This document shows positions 10,757-21,800 of a stretch of DNA of 64,000 nucleotides, in pieces. A program made the translations under genes and the position numbers. Position 1 is the first letter of the stretch. The number at the start of each line of letters is the position of its first letter. The DNA is taken from NCBI GenBank assembly GCA_965219345.1, contig OZ244732.1:1472001-1536000 (forward strand). Reading direction: 5' to 3'. Origin of the DNA: Nitrosopumilus sp. GTDB lineage: Archaea > Thermoproteota > Nitrososphaeria > Nitrososphaerales > Nitrosopumilaceae. The notes beneath the pieces are model-generated. The model had not been told where the DNA came from, did not search any database, and saw only the letters and a program-made list of their open reading frames with translations.

Positions 10757-10852
10757 GGGGTTTTCAGTGCCGTTACATTCGGGGTTTTCAGTGCCGTTAC
10801 ATTCGGGGTTTTCAGTGCCGTTACATTCGGGGTTTTCAGTGCCGTTACACTC
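10757..10852. repeat. Four tandem copies of a 24 bp unit GGGGTTTTCAGTGCCGTTACATTC
   Basis: Units start at 10757, 10781, 10805 and 10829 (last has one mismatch); no spacers. Confidence 0.95.
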
Positions 10853-10879
10853 GGGGTCTGGTGTCACGTATGGAGATAG

Positions 10880-11289
10880 GCATTTTATGAAATTAGAGAC
10901 GATAGTGATTCCCAACTTGTTGACACAACTCAGTTTGAAGTCCGGATATTGGCAAGTCGGGAATCTTATCTGAATATGAACAGCTTTGCCAGTAATCTTA
11001 TCTTTGGTTTTCTCCATGCACTCATCAATAAAGGATTCTACAATATCCATTCCAGTTCCGGTTGTTCCACTAATTGCACAAATGGTACCAGGCCGTGTGC
11101 GGTAATAGTGCCATGCAGTAAATCATGCTCCTTTAGGCACATACAGTTAAAATGATAATCTTTCTGATCCATGTCTTTTAATTTTTCATTCTCTTTTTGG
11201 CGTGGAATCGTTGTTTGATTTCTTGATGCCTTATGACAATCAAGTAGAATTTCTAAACTGATCTGCTTGTCATTCAATAATGAAGGCAA
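10880..11289 (-). pseudogene. Fragmented ORF, possibly the C-terminus of a virus/plasmid primase-helicase
   Basis: DIVESFIDECMEKTKDKITGKAVH resembles the C-terminal region of D5/P4-type proteins; split across frames. Confidence 0.25.
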
Positions 11290-11310
11290 TTATTTCTTAT
11301 TCATAAATAC

Positions 11311-11603
11311 GGTTCCGGCAAATTCTGGTGATTTACACCATAAATCATCAGACATGGTTCTTCTCCGAAGTTTACTGCAACCGCATCATACCAACGTTCA
11401 GAAAATAAATCATCAGACATGGTTCTTCCCCGAACCGCTCTTTGAAATCCTGGGATAACCAGTACCTGTAACTTTCTCGAAATATCCATCACAACCCTGC
11501 TGTGATAACTCCCTTTGAGCCATCACATAAACTTGGCACAAAACTGCAAAGTGCAATTCAGAGAAGATCCATATTTCACTCATCACCAGAATTTGCCAGA
11601 TCC
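11311..11603. mobile_element. IS6-like terminal repeat / MITE-like element
   Basis: Starts GGTTCCGGCAAATTCTGGTGAT and ends ATCACCAGAATTTGCCAGATCC (inverted, 2 mismatches); 11311-11503 is also an inverted homologue of ~30189-30321. Confidence 0.7.
11340..11434. repeat. Repeat-spacer-repeat unit 1: 30 bp duplication flanking a 35 bp insert
   Basis: ATAAATCATCAGACATGGTTCTTC(T/C)CCGAA at 11340-11369 and 11405-11434; insert 11370-11404 is absent from the paralogous copy at ~30260-30293. Confidence 0.8.
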
Positions 11604-11611
11604 TCCTAAAA

Positions 11612-12997
11612 TTGAACACTCATTTTGACCGCTATTCTTTTATCCGGCTATGTAATCGTAGATTATTGAATTTTAGCAATAAACTGACAATTCCAGTCAT
11701 TGTGGTTGCAGCATTGGTTCTGTTGGGGCTGGCAGCTTTGTCCATGGTGGTCATGCCGTACTCTGCAACTGACAGCCCGCAGACTGAGCCTGCGGCAACT
11801 CTATACGACCCCGCTGTTTCAGTTTCAGACATCAAGACAAATTCTGGCAACATGACAGAACATGCTGCAATTCCCAAAGACATTGTCACGGGCAACAACG
11901 ACTTTGCAGTAGACTTTTACAGGCAGATATCAGACAACGACAACAACATCTTCTTCTCACCTACAAGCATGTACATGGCATTCTCCATGCTATACGAGGG
12001 AGCGCGTGAAAATACGGCACAGCAGATTCAGCAGGTCTTCGGATTTGATCCCAACGAGGCCCTGCGTCACAACGCCACTGCGCACATAATGGCATCTGTC
12101 AATCAGGACGACCCGCATGTAACGCTTAACCTGGCAAATGCCATCTGGATTGCCGACTGGTTTGCCCCGTACGACTCATACACTGACATAATACGCAACA
12201 CATACCTTGCAAGTGCGGAAAAGGTCGATTTTATGGATAAGAATGACGGCATAAAGAGGATAAACAAATGGGCATCAGAGAACACTCAGGGCAAGATTGA
12301 CAAAGTAATCATAAAAAAAGATGTCAACAAGGACACCGCAATGGTGATCAACAGCGCCATATACTTCAAGGGAACGTGGCTGACGCAGTTTCCTGCAGAG
12401 GACACAAAGAAATCCGACTTTTACGGTAACGGTGCTGAGAGTACAAGCACAGACTTTATGAACGTGCATAACATGTTTGACTATTCCAGCATGGATGGTG
12501 TCCAGGTGCTCAGGATGCCGTACGACGGGGGCCGACTCTCGATGCTGATCCTGCTGCCGCACGACGCAGACGGGATACGGCAGCTTGAAGAGACTCTATC
12601 AGCAGGGCAGATAGAGCGATGGATGGCAGGCCTGAGAAACCAGGAAGTCACAGTGTCGGTTCCAAAGTTTGAGACCCGTGTAAATTATAAACTGAATGAG
12701 TTACTCATTGCCATGGGCATGGAAGACGCCTTTAACCCACGCAGTGCCAACCTGACTGGCATAGCAAAGGTGGAACCGGACAGAAATCTGTACGTTGACA
12801 AGGCATCTCAGGACGCATACGTAAAGGTAAACGAGGAGGGAACAGAGGCCGCAGCTGTGACTACCATAGTGGTTATAGCAGAGAGTCTGCCACCCCCACC
12901 ACCAAGATTTATCGCAGATCATCCATTCATCTTTATCATACAGGACGATGAGAACGGCACCATCCTGTTCATGGGAAGGGTGTCAGACCCGTCATAG
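11612..12997 (+). CDS. Serpin (serine protease inhibitor) with N-terminal signal/TM segment
   Basis: NIFFSPTS, AIYFKGTW, VPKF, VNEEGTEAAAVT hinge, F.ADHPFIFII, LFMGRV.DP; exact start uncertain. Confidence 0.95.
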   Translation: MNTHFDRYSFIRLCNRRLLNFSNKLTIPVIVVAALVLLGLAALSMVVMPYSATDSPQTEPAATLYDPAVSVSDIKTNSGNMTEHAAIPKDIVTGNNDFAVDFYRQISDNDNNIFFSPTSMYMAFSMLYEGARENTAQQIQQVFGFDPNEALRHNATAHIMASVNQDDPHVTLNLANAIWIADWFAPYDSYTDIIRNTYLASAEKVDFMDKNDGIKRINKWASENTQGKIDKVIIKKDVNKDTAMVINSAIYFKGTWLTQFPAEDTKKSDFYGNGAESTSTDFMNVHNMFDYSSMDGVQVLRMPYDGGRLSMLILLPHDADGIRQLEETLSAGQIERWMAGLRNQEVTVSVPKFETRVNYKLNELLIAMGMEDAFNPRSANLTGIAKVEPDRNLYVDKASQDAYVKVNEEGTEAAAVTTIVVIAESLPPPPPRFIADHPFIFIIQDDENGTILFMGRVSDPS

Positions 12998-13299
12998 GCG
13001 GGCCCATCCATTAGTTAGTGGCTCGTGTAAGTACATGCACAATTTGGATTGTGGTGCATATTCTCTACTACTCCATTGGCTTTGTACCATTCAATCTGTT
13101 CAGTCTGTGATTGACAGGCCGCCATTTTTGTGGATCTAGGTAATCCTTGTATCTTCATAGGATCTGGTTCTCCCTGAAAAATGTCGGGAGCTTTAATTTT
13201 GAGACTTTTGTATCTATTTCTAACTCGGGTTCTCCCATACGAAATCGTCTCTTATCTACTGCGGGCCATTCTCAGTGTGCTTTGCTGAATCAGGACATC

Positions 13300-14413
13300 T
13301 CTGATTTGTCTTGCATCTTCTTATACTTTCTTTGCGTCAGCTCATGATTCTGTGTGCGGTATTTTCCATGTTTGTTAGCATGTACCAGATTATCTCAAGC
13401 ATCTGCCTTGCAGCAGCTGCTATCCTTGCCTTTTGTTTTCCTCTCCTTTTTGCAATTCTCAAGTAAAATGATTCCATCCTTGGATCAAATCGTATCGTAG
13501 TATTTGCAGCCTCTACCTTGCATTGCGCAACCATGCAGAACCCCGTTTTGTTATTCCGCCTCCTTTTTGTGTCTTCCCCACTGTCCCTGTGCGATGGTGC
13601 AAGTCCCGCATATGAGACGAGTTTCTCTGCTGTTGCAAATCTGTTAATGTCAGCTATCTCTGAGATTATTGTCAGTGCCGTGACATAGCTTATTCCAGGG
13701 ATTGTCATGACTAACCTTGTTCTTTCATCCTCGTTGCTAATTGTAGCAATTTTTGTCTCAAATGTGCCAATCTGTTTTTGATTCATATTGATATTTTCAA
13801 GATATGCATCCATTGCCATCCTGTCAACTTCGGTCAGATTGATTTCATGCAGCCATCCGTTCCTTTCTGTGAGAAGGTCTTTATTGTCGGTTGGGTGTAA
13901 TCGTATTTTGCAAGTATTGCATAAATCATGTTTTTGTGTTTTGAGACACTTTGTACACGATTCAGTCTTGTTCTTACCAGACCGCAGATCCCGGTAGTAT
14001 TTTTCTGGCACAAATGACTCATACACCATCATGTCCGATCTTAGCAGGTCCGCCAATACGTCTGAATCAAGCTTGTCGTTTTTGAGTTTTGCCTGTGCTA
14101 TTATCTTGGTCTTTGCAGGGTGTGCAAGAACGGTGTCAATGCCGTTATCCTCTAATGTGTCATGCAGTCTAATCCAATAGTTGGCAGTTGATTCACACGC
14201 AGCCTGTATGTCTTTACCATATGTCTTTTTGATGTGTTTGATAAAACCCATCATTCCATGTGTGGTGTTCTCAAAGCTTGACTGTTCTAGCTTTTTTCTA
14301 GTATCTTTTTTTATTGTTGCAACGCAGTTTTTCTTATGAACGTCAATTCCTATGCTGATCATGTTATCACCTCCTTTCTGATCAAATTGCCTGATAAAGC
14401 GGAATGCTCCCAT
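13300..14413 (-). pseudogene. IS110-family transposase/recombinase, frameshifted
   Basis: IGIDVHKK, ACESTANYW, KNDKLDS, TIPGIS..TALTIISEI, LVSYAGLAPS; the correct middle part (RTRLNRVQ...KNMIYAILAKY) lies in another frame. Confidence 0.88.
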
Positions 14414-14728
14414 TCACCATCATCATCTGTGTGTGGTATTTTGTTTTCCGCTCACTTTGAGTCAGTCTGTCAAACGCCCTTGTACATGACAGTAACCCTT
14501 CGACTCTCAGGCCCAATAGTAACAATACATCACAGGATATAGAAAAGATTTCGCATAACGTCTGTCAACTTGATGAGGTTTGACCGGGATTTTTCTCGGT
14601 GTCAACTTGCCACAAATAAAATAAAATTGTATCTTGTATTTCAACATCAGTCATTGTGCTTTTAACCAATGGTACTCAAATGATACTATTCTTAGATAGT
14701 CTTCAAGTATCGTGGTTTTGGGAATAGT

Positions 14729-15145
14729 GTGTCCAAAGCAGAATCGGGAATCATTGCACTTTGTGGAGATTCACCACGTATGAGAATGATTGAATTTTTC
14801 ATGCAATTCCCAAAAAATGAATTTACTGTGCCTGAATTAATTGAGGGAATTGGTATGAGTAAAACTACTGCGTTCAAAGAAGTTTACAAACTAAAACACA
14901 ATGATATGGTTAAACAGTCAGGAAACATTGGAAAATCCCCCACATACAAAATCAATCTAAACAGTCCAATAGTGTACTCTATGCAAAAATTAGTTAGTCA
15001 CAGAAGTAAAAAAATTGCAGACTCACAACCGCTGAGAACACACAGAGTCTTACTTAGACAACGCATAGAATCATTGTACAACAGAGAGTTAATGTTGAAA
15101 AATGAACTCAAAATAGTACGTACCAGAATTAAAGATAGAACATAA
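14729..15145 (+). CDS. Winged-helix DNA-binding protein with C-terminal coiled coil
   Basis: GDSPRMRMIEFF...FTVPELIEGIGMSKTTAFK...L...IGKSPTYKINLNSP. Confidence 0.7.
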   Translation: MSKAESGIIALCGDSPRMRMIEFFMQFPKNEFTVPELIEGIGMSKTTAFKEVYKLKHNDMVKQSGNIGKSPTYKINLNSPIVYSMQKLVSHRSKKIADSQPLRTHRVLLRQRIESLYNRELMLKNELKIVRTRIKDRT

Positions 15146-15419
15146 ACACATGCACAAAGACAAAATACTCGAAATATATCATGATGAGTGCCTGAATCCC
15201 CACGAGAGTGGGAGAACCTTGGAATCATGATATGCGGACACCGAAATTATAATCTTGGTAACGAGCAATATGACAAAGGGTTCTGTGTAATCTTCGGTAC
15301 TTGAGAAATATGGATCTTCTAAGGATTCATTCAGTAGTCTTGTTTAGTGAGGCATTTTGTATGATCGTCTTCCATTTGTTCTTACCGTCTACTTCAATTA
15401 GTGAGGCTTGAGCAGGGGT

Positions 15420-15563
15420 CTTGCCTTTCTTTAACTCAATTTTATTTTTGGATTCTGTTGCAACCCCAACACTATCGTATCCACGATATTCCATTCTTTT
15501 TAATCCCTTTACAATGATGGGCGCGGCAATCTTCTTTCCGTAGTAACCAATAATTGAACACAT
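15420..15563 (-). pseudogene. glmS: 5' fragment (~48 codons) of glucosamine--fructose-6-phosphate aminotransferase
   Basis: MCSIIGYYG...[17 protein letters not shown]...KKGK, then similarity stops. Confidence 0.85.
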
Positions 15564-15801
15564 AGCTATCCTCCTTGATATTTTGGGGTTATTTACTGAT
15601 AAGCCTATTTTTTTGATTCTTCTGTTGAAGAACCTTGCATGGGGACTGAGCTGCCGTACCGCGTCTTGGCCTGCAACTGCTGCCACAGGGCCCGTGTGAT
15701 TCCTTGTGTTGTTTTGCTGATGATTTCCATGAGTCCTGTCAGCTGGAATTTTATATATATGAGCATTAACTACCATTTTTTGTGAGCATCAACAGAATAA
15801 C

Positions 15802-15814
15802 GGGGGGGGGGGGG
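15802..15814. repeat. G13 homopolymer just upstream of the giant gene
   Basis: c-ggggggggggggg-tgtgtg, ending 20 bp before ATG 15834. Confidence 0.9.
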
Positions 15815-15815
15815 T

Positions 15816-18800
15816 GTGTGTGAAAATAAAGAGATGGAGAGAATTTCCTTTGTTATTTTAATTTCCACGCTGATGTTGGCCTCTTTGTCCATTGTTCCGG
15901 CACATGCGGCGGAGCACCCGACAATCATCGCAGCTTCTGTGACCTCGGCTACCAGCATAGTCCTGACGTACAGCGAGAACGTTGACGTCAACGCCACGGA
16001 CGGCGCAGGATTTGGCCTCTCTGACGGGGGAAAAGTGACGGCAAACACCGATCCCGCGGGTTCGGGCAACACCATAACCCTTACGGTCTCCGGCATTACC
16101 AACACATCCGATACTCCGGATGTGACTTATATCGAATCTGATGGCACCGTGGCAGACGGCGCATCAAACCCGGCAGCGAGCCAGATCTTTACCGGCACAG
16201 TAGATGATGCGCCGCCAACCGTGTCCTCCATTGCAACTTCCAGTGCATCGACAATTGATATCGTACTGTCCGAGAACGTCACAGTAAACGGTGCGGCACC
16301 AGGAGACTTTGTGCTGTCTGGCACCATATCCACAGACCCGACCGTGACTGGAATCACGGCCGCTGCAGACACGGTCACCCTTTCCCTTAACGATACGCTT
16401 GATGGCGATGATGTCATCAGACTGGCATACACCAGAACCATGAGCAGCATAGATGACATTTCTCTCACGTCCTTTGTCGACTCTTTCTCAGTGAAGGCAA
16501 TAGAAGACGAAGATCCGCGAAGCCTGGCCTTCTCTGGTGACGGATATAAGATATTTATTTTGGATGGTATTGCCGATGCCGTACACGAGTACACGCTAAC
16601 CGCCCCATTTGACATATCCAATGCCGCCCCTGTCAGCTCTTTCTCAGTGGCATCAGAAGACGAAGATCCGCGAGGCCTGGCCTTCTCTGGCGACGGAACA
16701 AAGATGTTTGTCGTGGGTACTTTTGACGATGGTGATGTACACGAGTACGCGCTAGCCGTCCCCTTTAACATATCCGATGCCACCTCTGCCAATTCCTTCT
16801 CAACGAGATCACAAGACTCATACCCGCGAAGCCTGGCCTTCTCTGGCGACGGAACAAAGATGTTTGTCGTAGATAGTATTGGTAAGGACGTAAACGAGTA
16901 CACGCTAACCGCCCCATTTGACATATCCAATGCCACCTTTGTCGACTCTTTCTCACTGGTGCCATCAAACGTAACATTCCCACAGGGTTTGACCTTCTCT
17001 AATGACGGAACAAGGATGTTTGTTGTAGATAGTAATAGTAACGATGTACACGAGTACGCGCTAACCGCCCCCTTTGACGTATCGACCGCCACCTTTGTCG
17101 ACTCTTTCTCACTGGTGCCATCAAACATAGCATTCCCACAGGGTTTGACCTTCTCTAATGACGGAACAAGGATGTTTGTTACGGATTTTGATACCTCTGA
17201 CGTATACGAGTACGCGTTATCAAAGCCATTTACGCTATTCCCGCAGCCAAACTCCCTTGACAGCTTTGTGACAACCCTGGTCACAAACAACATTGTTCCG
17301 CCAACAATCACCGCGGCTGCCGTGACTTCCCTTACCGAGATAGTCCTGACGTACAGCGAGAACGTTGACGTCACAACCACAAACGGCGAAGGATTCACCC
17401 TATCTGTCGGAACGGTGACGGCAAACACCGATCCCGCGGGTTCGGACGACACCATAACCCTTACCGTCTCTGGCATCACAACATCCGATGCTCCAGTTAT
17501 AACTTACATCGCTCCACCTGGCACCGTGGTTGACGCGGAATCAAACCCGGCAGCAGACCAGACCTTTACCGGTACAACCGATGACGCGCCGCCAATCGTG
17601 TTCTCCATTGCAACTTCCAACATGTCGGCAATTGACATCGTGCTGTCCGAAGACGTCACAGTCAGCTCCGTGGCACCGGAAGACTTTGTGCTGTCCAGCA
17701 CCATATCCACAGACCCTACCGTGACCGGAATCACGGCCCTTAACGACACGGTCACCCTTTCCCTTAACGACACGCTTGCCCATAATGATGTCATCAGCCT
17801 GGCATACAACAAAGCCACGGGCAGCATAGATGACATTCTTGCTCCTCCGTCCTTTGTCGGCTCTTTCTCGGTGGCTTCACAAGACAACACTCCGACAGGC
17901 CTGGCCTTCTCTGATGACGGAACAAAGATGTTTGTCGTAGGTCTTACCGGCACTGACATAAACGAGTACGCGCTAACCGCCCCATTTGACATATCCAATG
18001 CCGACTTTGTCGACTCTTTCTCAGTAGGCTCACAAGAGGCATTCCCGGCAGACCTGGCCTTCTCTGCTAACGGAACAAAGATGTTTGTCATAGGTCTTGC
18101 CGGCAATGACATAAACAAGTACACGCTAACCGCCCCATTTGACGTATCCACTGCCTCCTTTGTCGACTCTTTCCAAGTATCTCAAACGGATATATCCCCG
18201 CGGAGCCTGGCCTTCTCCAACGACGGAACAAAGATGTTTGTTCTGGATATTTTCGGCGGTGACAGTTACGTAAACGAGTACACGCTAAATGGCCCCTTTG
18301 ACGTATCCACTTCCTCCTTTGTCGACTCTTTCTCAGTGGCATCACACGCACCATCCCCGCAGGGTCTGGCTTTCTCTGATGACGGAACCAAGATGTTTGT
18401 TTCGTCTTCTGACAACGATGCCGTAATCAAGTACGCATTAACCGCCCCCTTTGACGTGTCCACTGCCTCCTTTGTCGACTCTTTCTCCGTGTCATCACAG
18501 GGATTCGCCCTGACAGCCCTGGCCTTCTCTGATGACGGAACAAGGATGTTTGTTCTGGAAAATGACAGCAATGCCGTATACGAGTACGCGCTGTCAGAGC
18601 CATTTACGCTATTCCCGCAGCCAAACTCGCTTGCCAGCTTTGCGGCAATGTCGGTCACAAACAACATTGTACCGCTAGACACCGTTCCACCAACAATCAC
18701 CGCGGCTGCCGTGACCTCCCTTACCGAGATAGTCCTGACGTACAGCGAGGACATAGACGTCACAACCACAAACGGCGCGGGATTCACCCTATCTGTCGGA

Positions 18801-21800
18801 ACGGTGTCGGCAACCTCTGATCCCGCGGGTTCGGACGACACCATAACCCTTACCGTCTCTGGCATCACAACATCCGATACTCCAAACGTGACTTACACCG
18901 CATCCGACGGCTCCGTAGCAGACAGCGCATTAAACCAGGCAGCGAGCCAGACCTTTACCGGCACAACCGATAACGCGCCGCCAACCGTGCTCTCCATTGT
19001 AACTAACGACACATCAACAATTAACATCGTGCTGTCCGAAAACGTCACAATAAACGGTGCGGCACCGGAAGACTTTGCGCTGTCCAGCACCATATCCACA
19101 GACCCGGCCGTGACCGGAATCACCGCTGTTACAAACAACACGGTAGCCCTTGCCCTTGACGATACGCTTGACAGCAATGATGTCATCCTACTGGCATACA
19201 CCAAGACCACGGGCAGCATAGATGACATCCCTCTTCCGCCCCTTGACGGCTCCTTCCCAGTAGATATGCAAGACTCGGAATCAACTGGCCTGGCCTTCTC
19301 TAATGACGGAACAAGGATGTTTGTAGTGAGTACTGGTAGTGATAGCGATAACGATGCCGTACACCAGTACACACTAACCGCCGCCTTTGACGTGTCCACT
19401 GCTACCTTTGTCGACTCTTTCTCAGTAGGTTCACAAGACACATTCCCGTCAGGCCTGGCCTTCTCTGGTGACGGAACAAAGATGTTTGTTGTGGGTAGTT
19501 TCGACAATAACATAAACGAGTACACACTAACCACCGCCTTTGACGTGTCCACTGCCACCTCTGCCAACTCCTTCTCAGTATCCTCACAAGACATACTCCC
19601 GCTAGACATGGCCTTCTCTGCTGACGGAACAAAGATGTTTGTCTTGGGCGATGCTGGCGATGACATAAACGAGTACACGCTATCCGCCCCCTTTGACGTA
19701 TCGAATGTCGCCGGCACATCGGATGTCACCTTTGTCGACTCTTTCCCAGTGGCATCACAAGACAGATCCACGCAGGGCCTAACCTTCTCTGCTGACGGAA
19801 CGAGGATGTTTGTAGTGGGTAGTATCAACGGTGCCGTATACGGGTACGCACTAACCGCCGCCTTTGACGTGTCCACCGCCACCTTTGTCGACTCTTTCTC
19901 AGTGACATCACAAGACAGATTCCCGCGGGGCCTGGCCTTCTCTGCTGACGGAACGAGGATATTTGTCTTGGGTAGTGACAGCAAGAACGTACACCAGTAC
20001 GCGCTATCTGAACCATTTACGCTATTCCAACAGCCAAACTCCCTTGCCAGCTTTGCGGCAATGTCAGTCACAAACAACATTCCATCAGACACCACCCCGC
20101 CAACAATCACCGCAGCTGCCGTGACCTCCCTTACCGAGATAACCCTGACGTACAGCGAGAACATAGACGTCACAACCACAAACGGCGAAGGATTTACCCT
20201 ATCTGTCGGACAAGTGACGGCAAATACTGATCCCGACAATTCGGACGACACCATAACCCTTACCATCTCCGGCATCACCGCATCCGATGCTCCAGACGTG
20301 ATTTACACCGAGTCTGATGGCTCCGTGACAGACGGCGCATCAAACCCTGCAGCGAGCCAGACCTTTACCGGCACCACCCCGCTGCCGGATACTATTCCAC
20401 CAACAATCACCGCAGCTGCCGTGACCTCCCTTACCGAGATACTCCTGACGTACAGCGAGAACATAGACGTCACAACCACAAACGGCGAAGGATTCATCCT
20501 ATTTGTCGAAGGAACGGTGTCGGCAAACTCTGATCCCGACAATTCGGGCAACACCATAACACTTACCGTCTCCGGCATCACCGCATCCGATGCTCCAAAC
20601 GTGATTTACACCGAATCTGATGGCTCCGTGACAGACGGCGCATCAAACCCGGCAGCGAGCCAGACCTTTACCGGCACCACCCCGCTGCCGGACACCGTTC
20701 CACCAACAATCACCGCAGCTGCCGTGACCTCGGCTACCAGCATAACCCTGACGTACAGCGAGAACATAGACGTCACAACCACAAACGGCCAAGGATTCTC
20801 CCTCTCCGTCGGACAGGTGACGACAAACACCGATCCCGCCGGTTCGGCAGACACCATAACCCTTACGGTCTCCGGCATCCCCTCTACCTCTCATAGACCG
20901 GATGTGACTTACGCCGCATCTGATGGCACCGTGACAGACAGCGCGTCAAACCCGGCAGCAAGCCAGACCTTTACCGGCACAGTAGATGATGCGCCGCCAA
21001 CCGTGTCTTCCATCGAAACTTCCAGCACATCAACAAATGCAATTGATGTCGTGCTGTCCGAAGACGTTACAGTCAACTCTGTAGAATCCAGGGACTTTGT
21101 ACTGTCTGGCACCATATCCACAAACCCGGCCTTGACCGCAGTCACGGTAGCTGCCGACACGCTCACCCTTCACCTTAACGCTGCGCTTGCTCATGATGAT
21201 GTCATCAATCTGGCATACACCAAAACCACGGGCAGCATAGATGACATTGCTCTCCCGTCCTTTGTCGACTCTTTCCCAGTGGCTTCACGGGATACATTCC
21301 CGTCAGGCCTGGCCTTCTCCAACGACGGAACAAAGATGTTTGTCGCAGGTGATAGCACCGATTCCGTACACCAGCACGTGCTGTCCGCCCCCTTTGACGT
21401 ATCCACTTCCAACTTTGTCCGCTCTTTCTCAATAAACGCACAAAGCACATCCCCGCAGGGTCTGGCCTTCTCCAACGACGGAACAAAGATGTTTGTCACA
21501 GATAGTTTCAAAAGTACCGTAAACGAGTACACGCTGTCCGCCCCCTTTAACATATCCAATGCCACCTTTGTCCAATCTACCTCCCTGGCTCTAAATGCTT
21601 TACAGCCACACGGTCTGGCCTTCTCTACTAACGGAACACTGATGTTTGTCGCAAGTGATTTCAACGATAGCGTATACAATTACTTGCTGTCCACCCCCTT
21701 TGATCTGTCGTCTTACATCCCTATCGACTCTTTCTCAGTGGCATCACAAGATGTAGATCCACGGCACCTGGCCTTCTCCAACGACGGAACAAAGATGTTT

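Noticed and set aside
10757-10852. 24 bp repeats as a CRISPR array
   Set aside because: Units are directly adjacent with no spacers
14563-14609. TGTCAACTTG repeated twice
   Set aside because: Only 10 bp; too short to belong to the 30-37 bp duplication class and may be chance
15420-15563. glmS as a Tn7 attachment site
   Set aside because: attTn7 lies at the glmS 3' end; only the 5' end is present and no tns genes are seen
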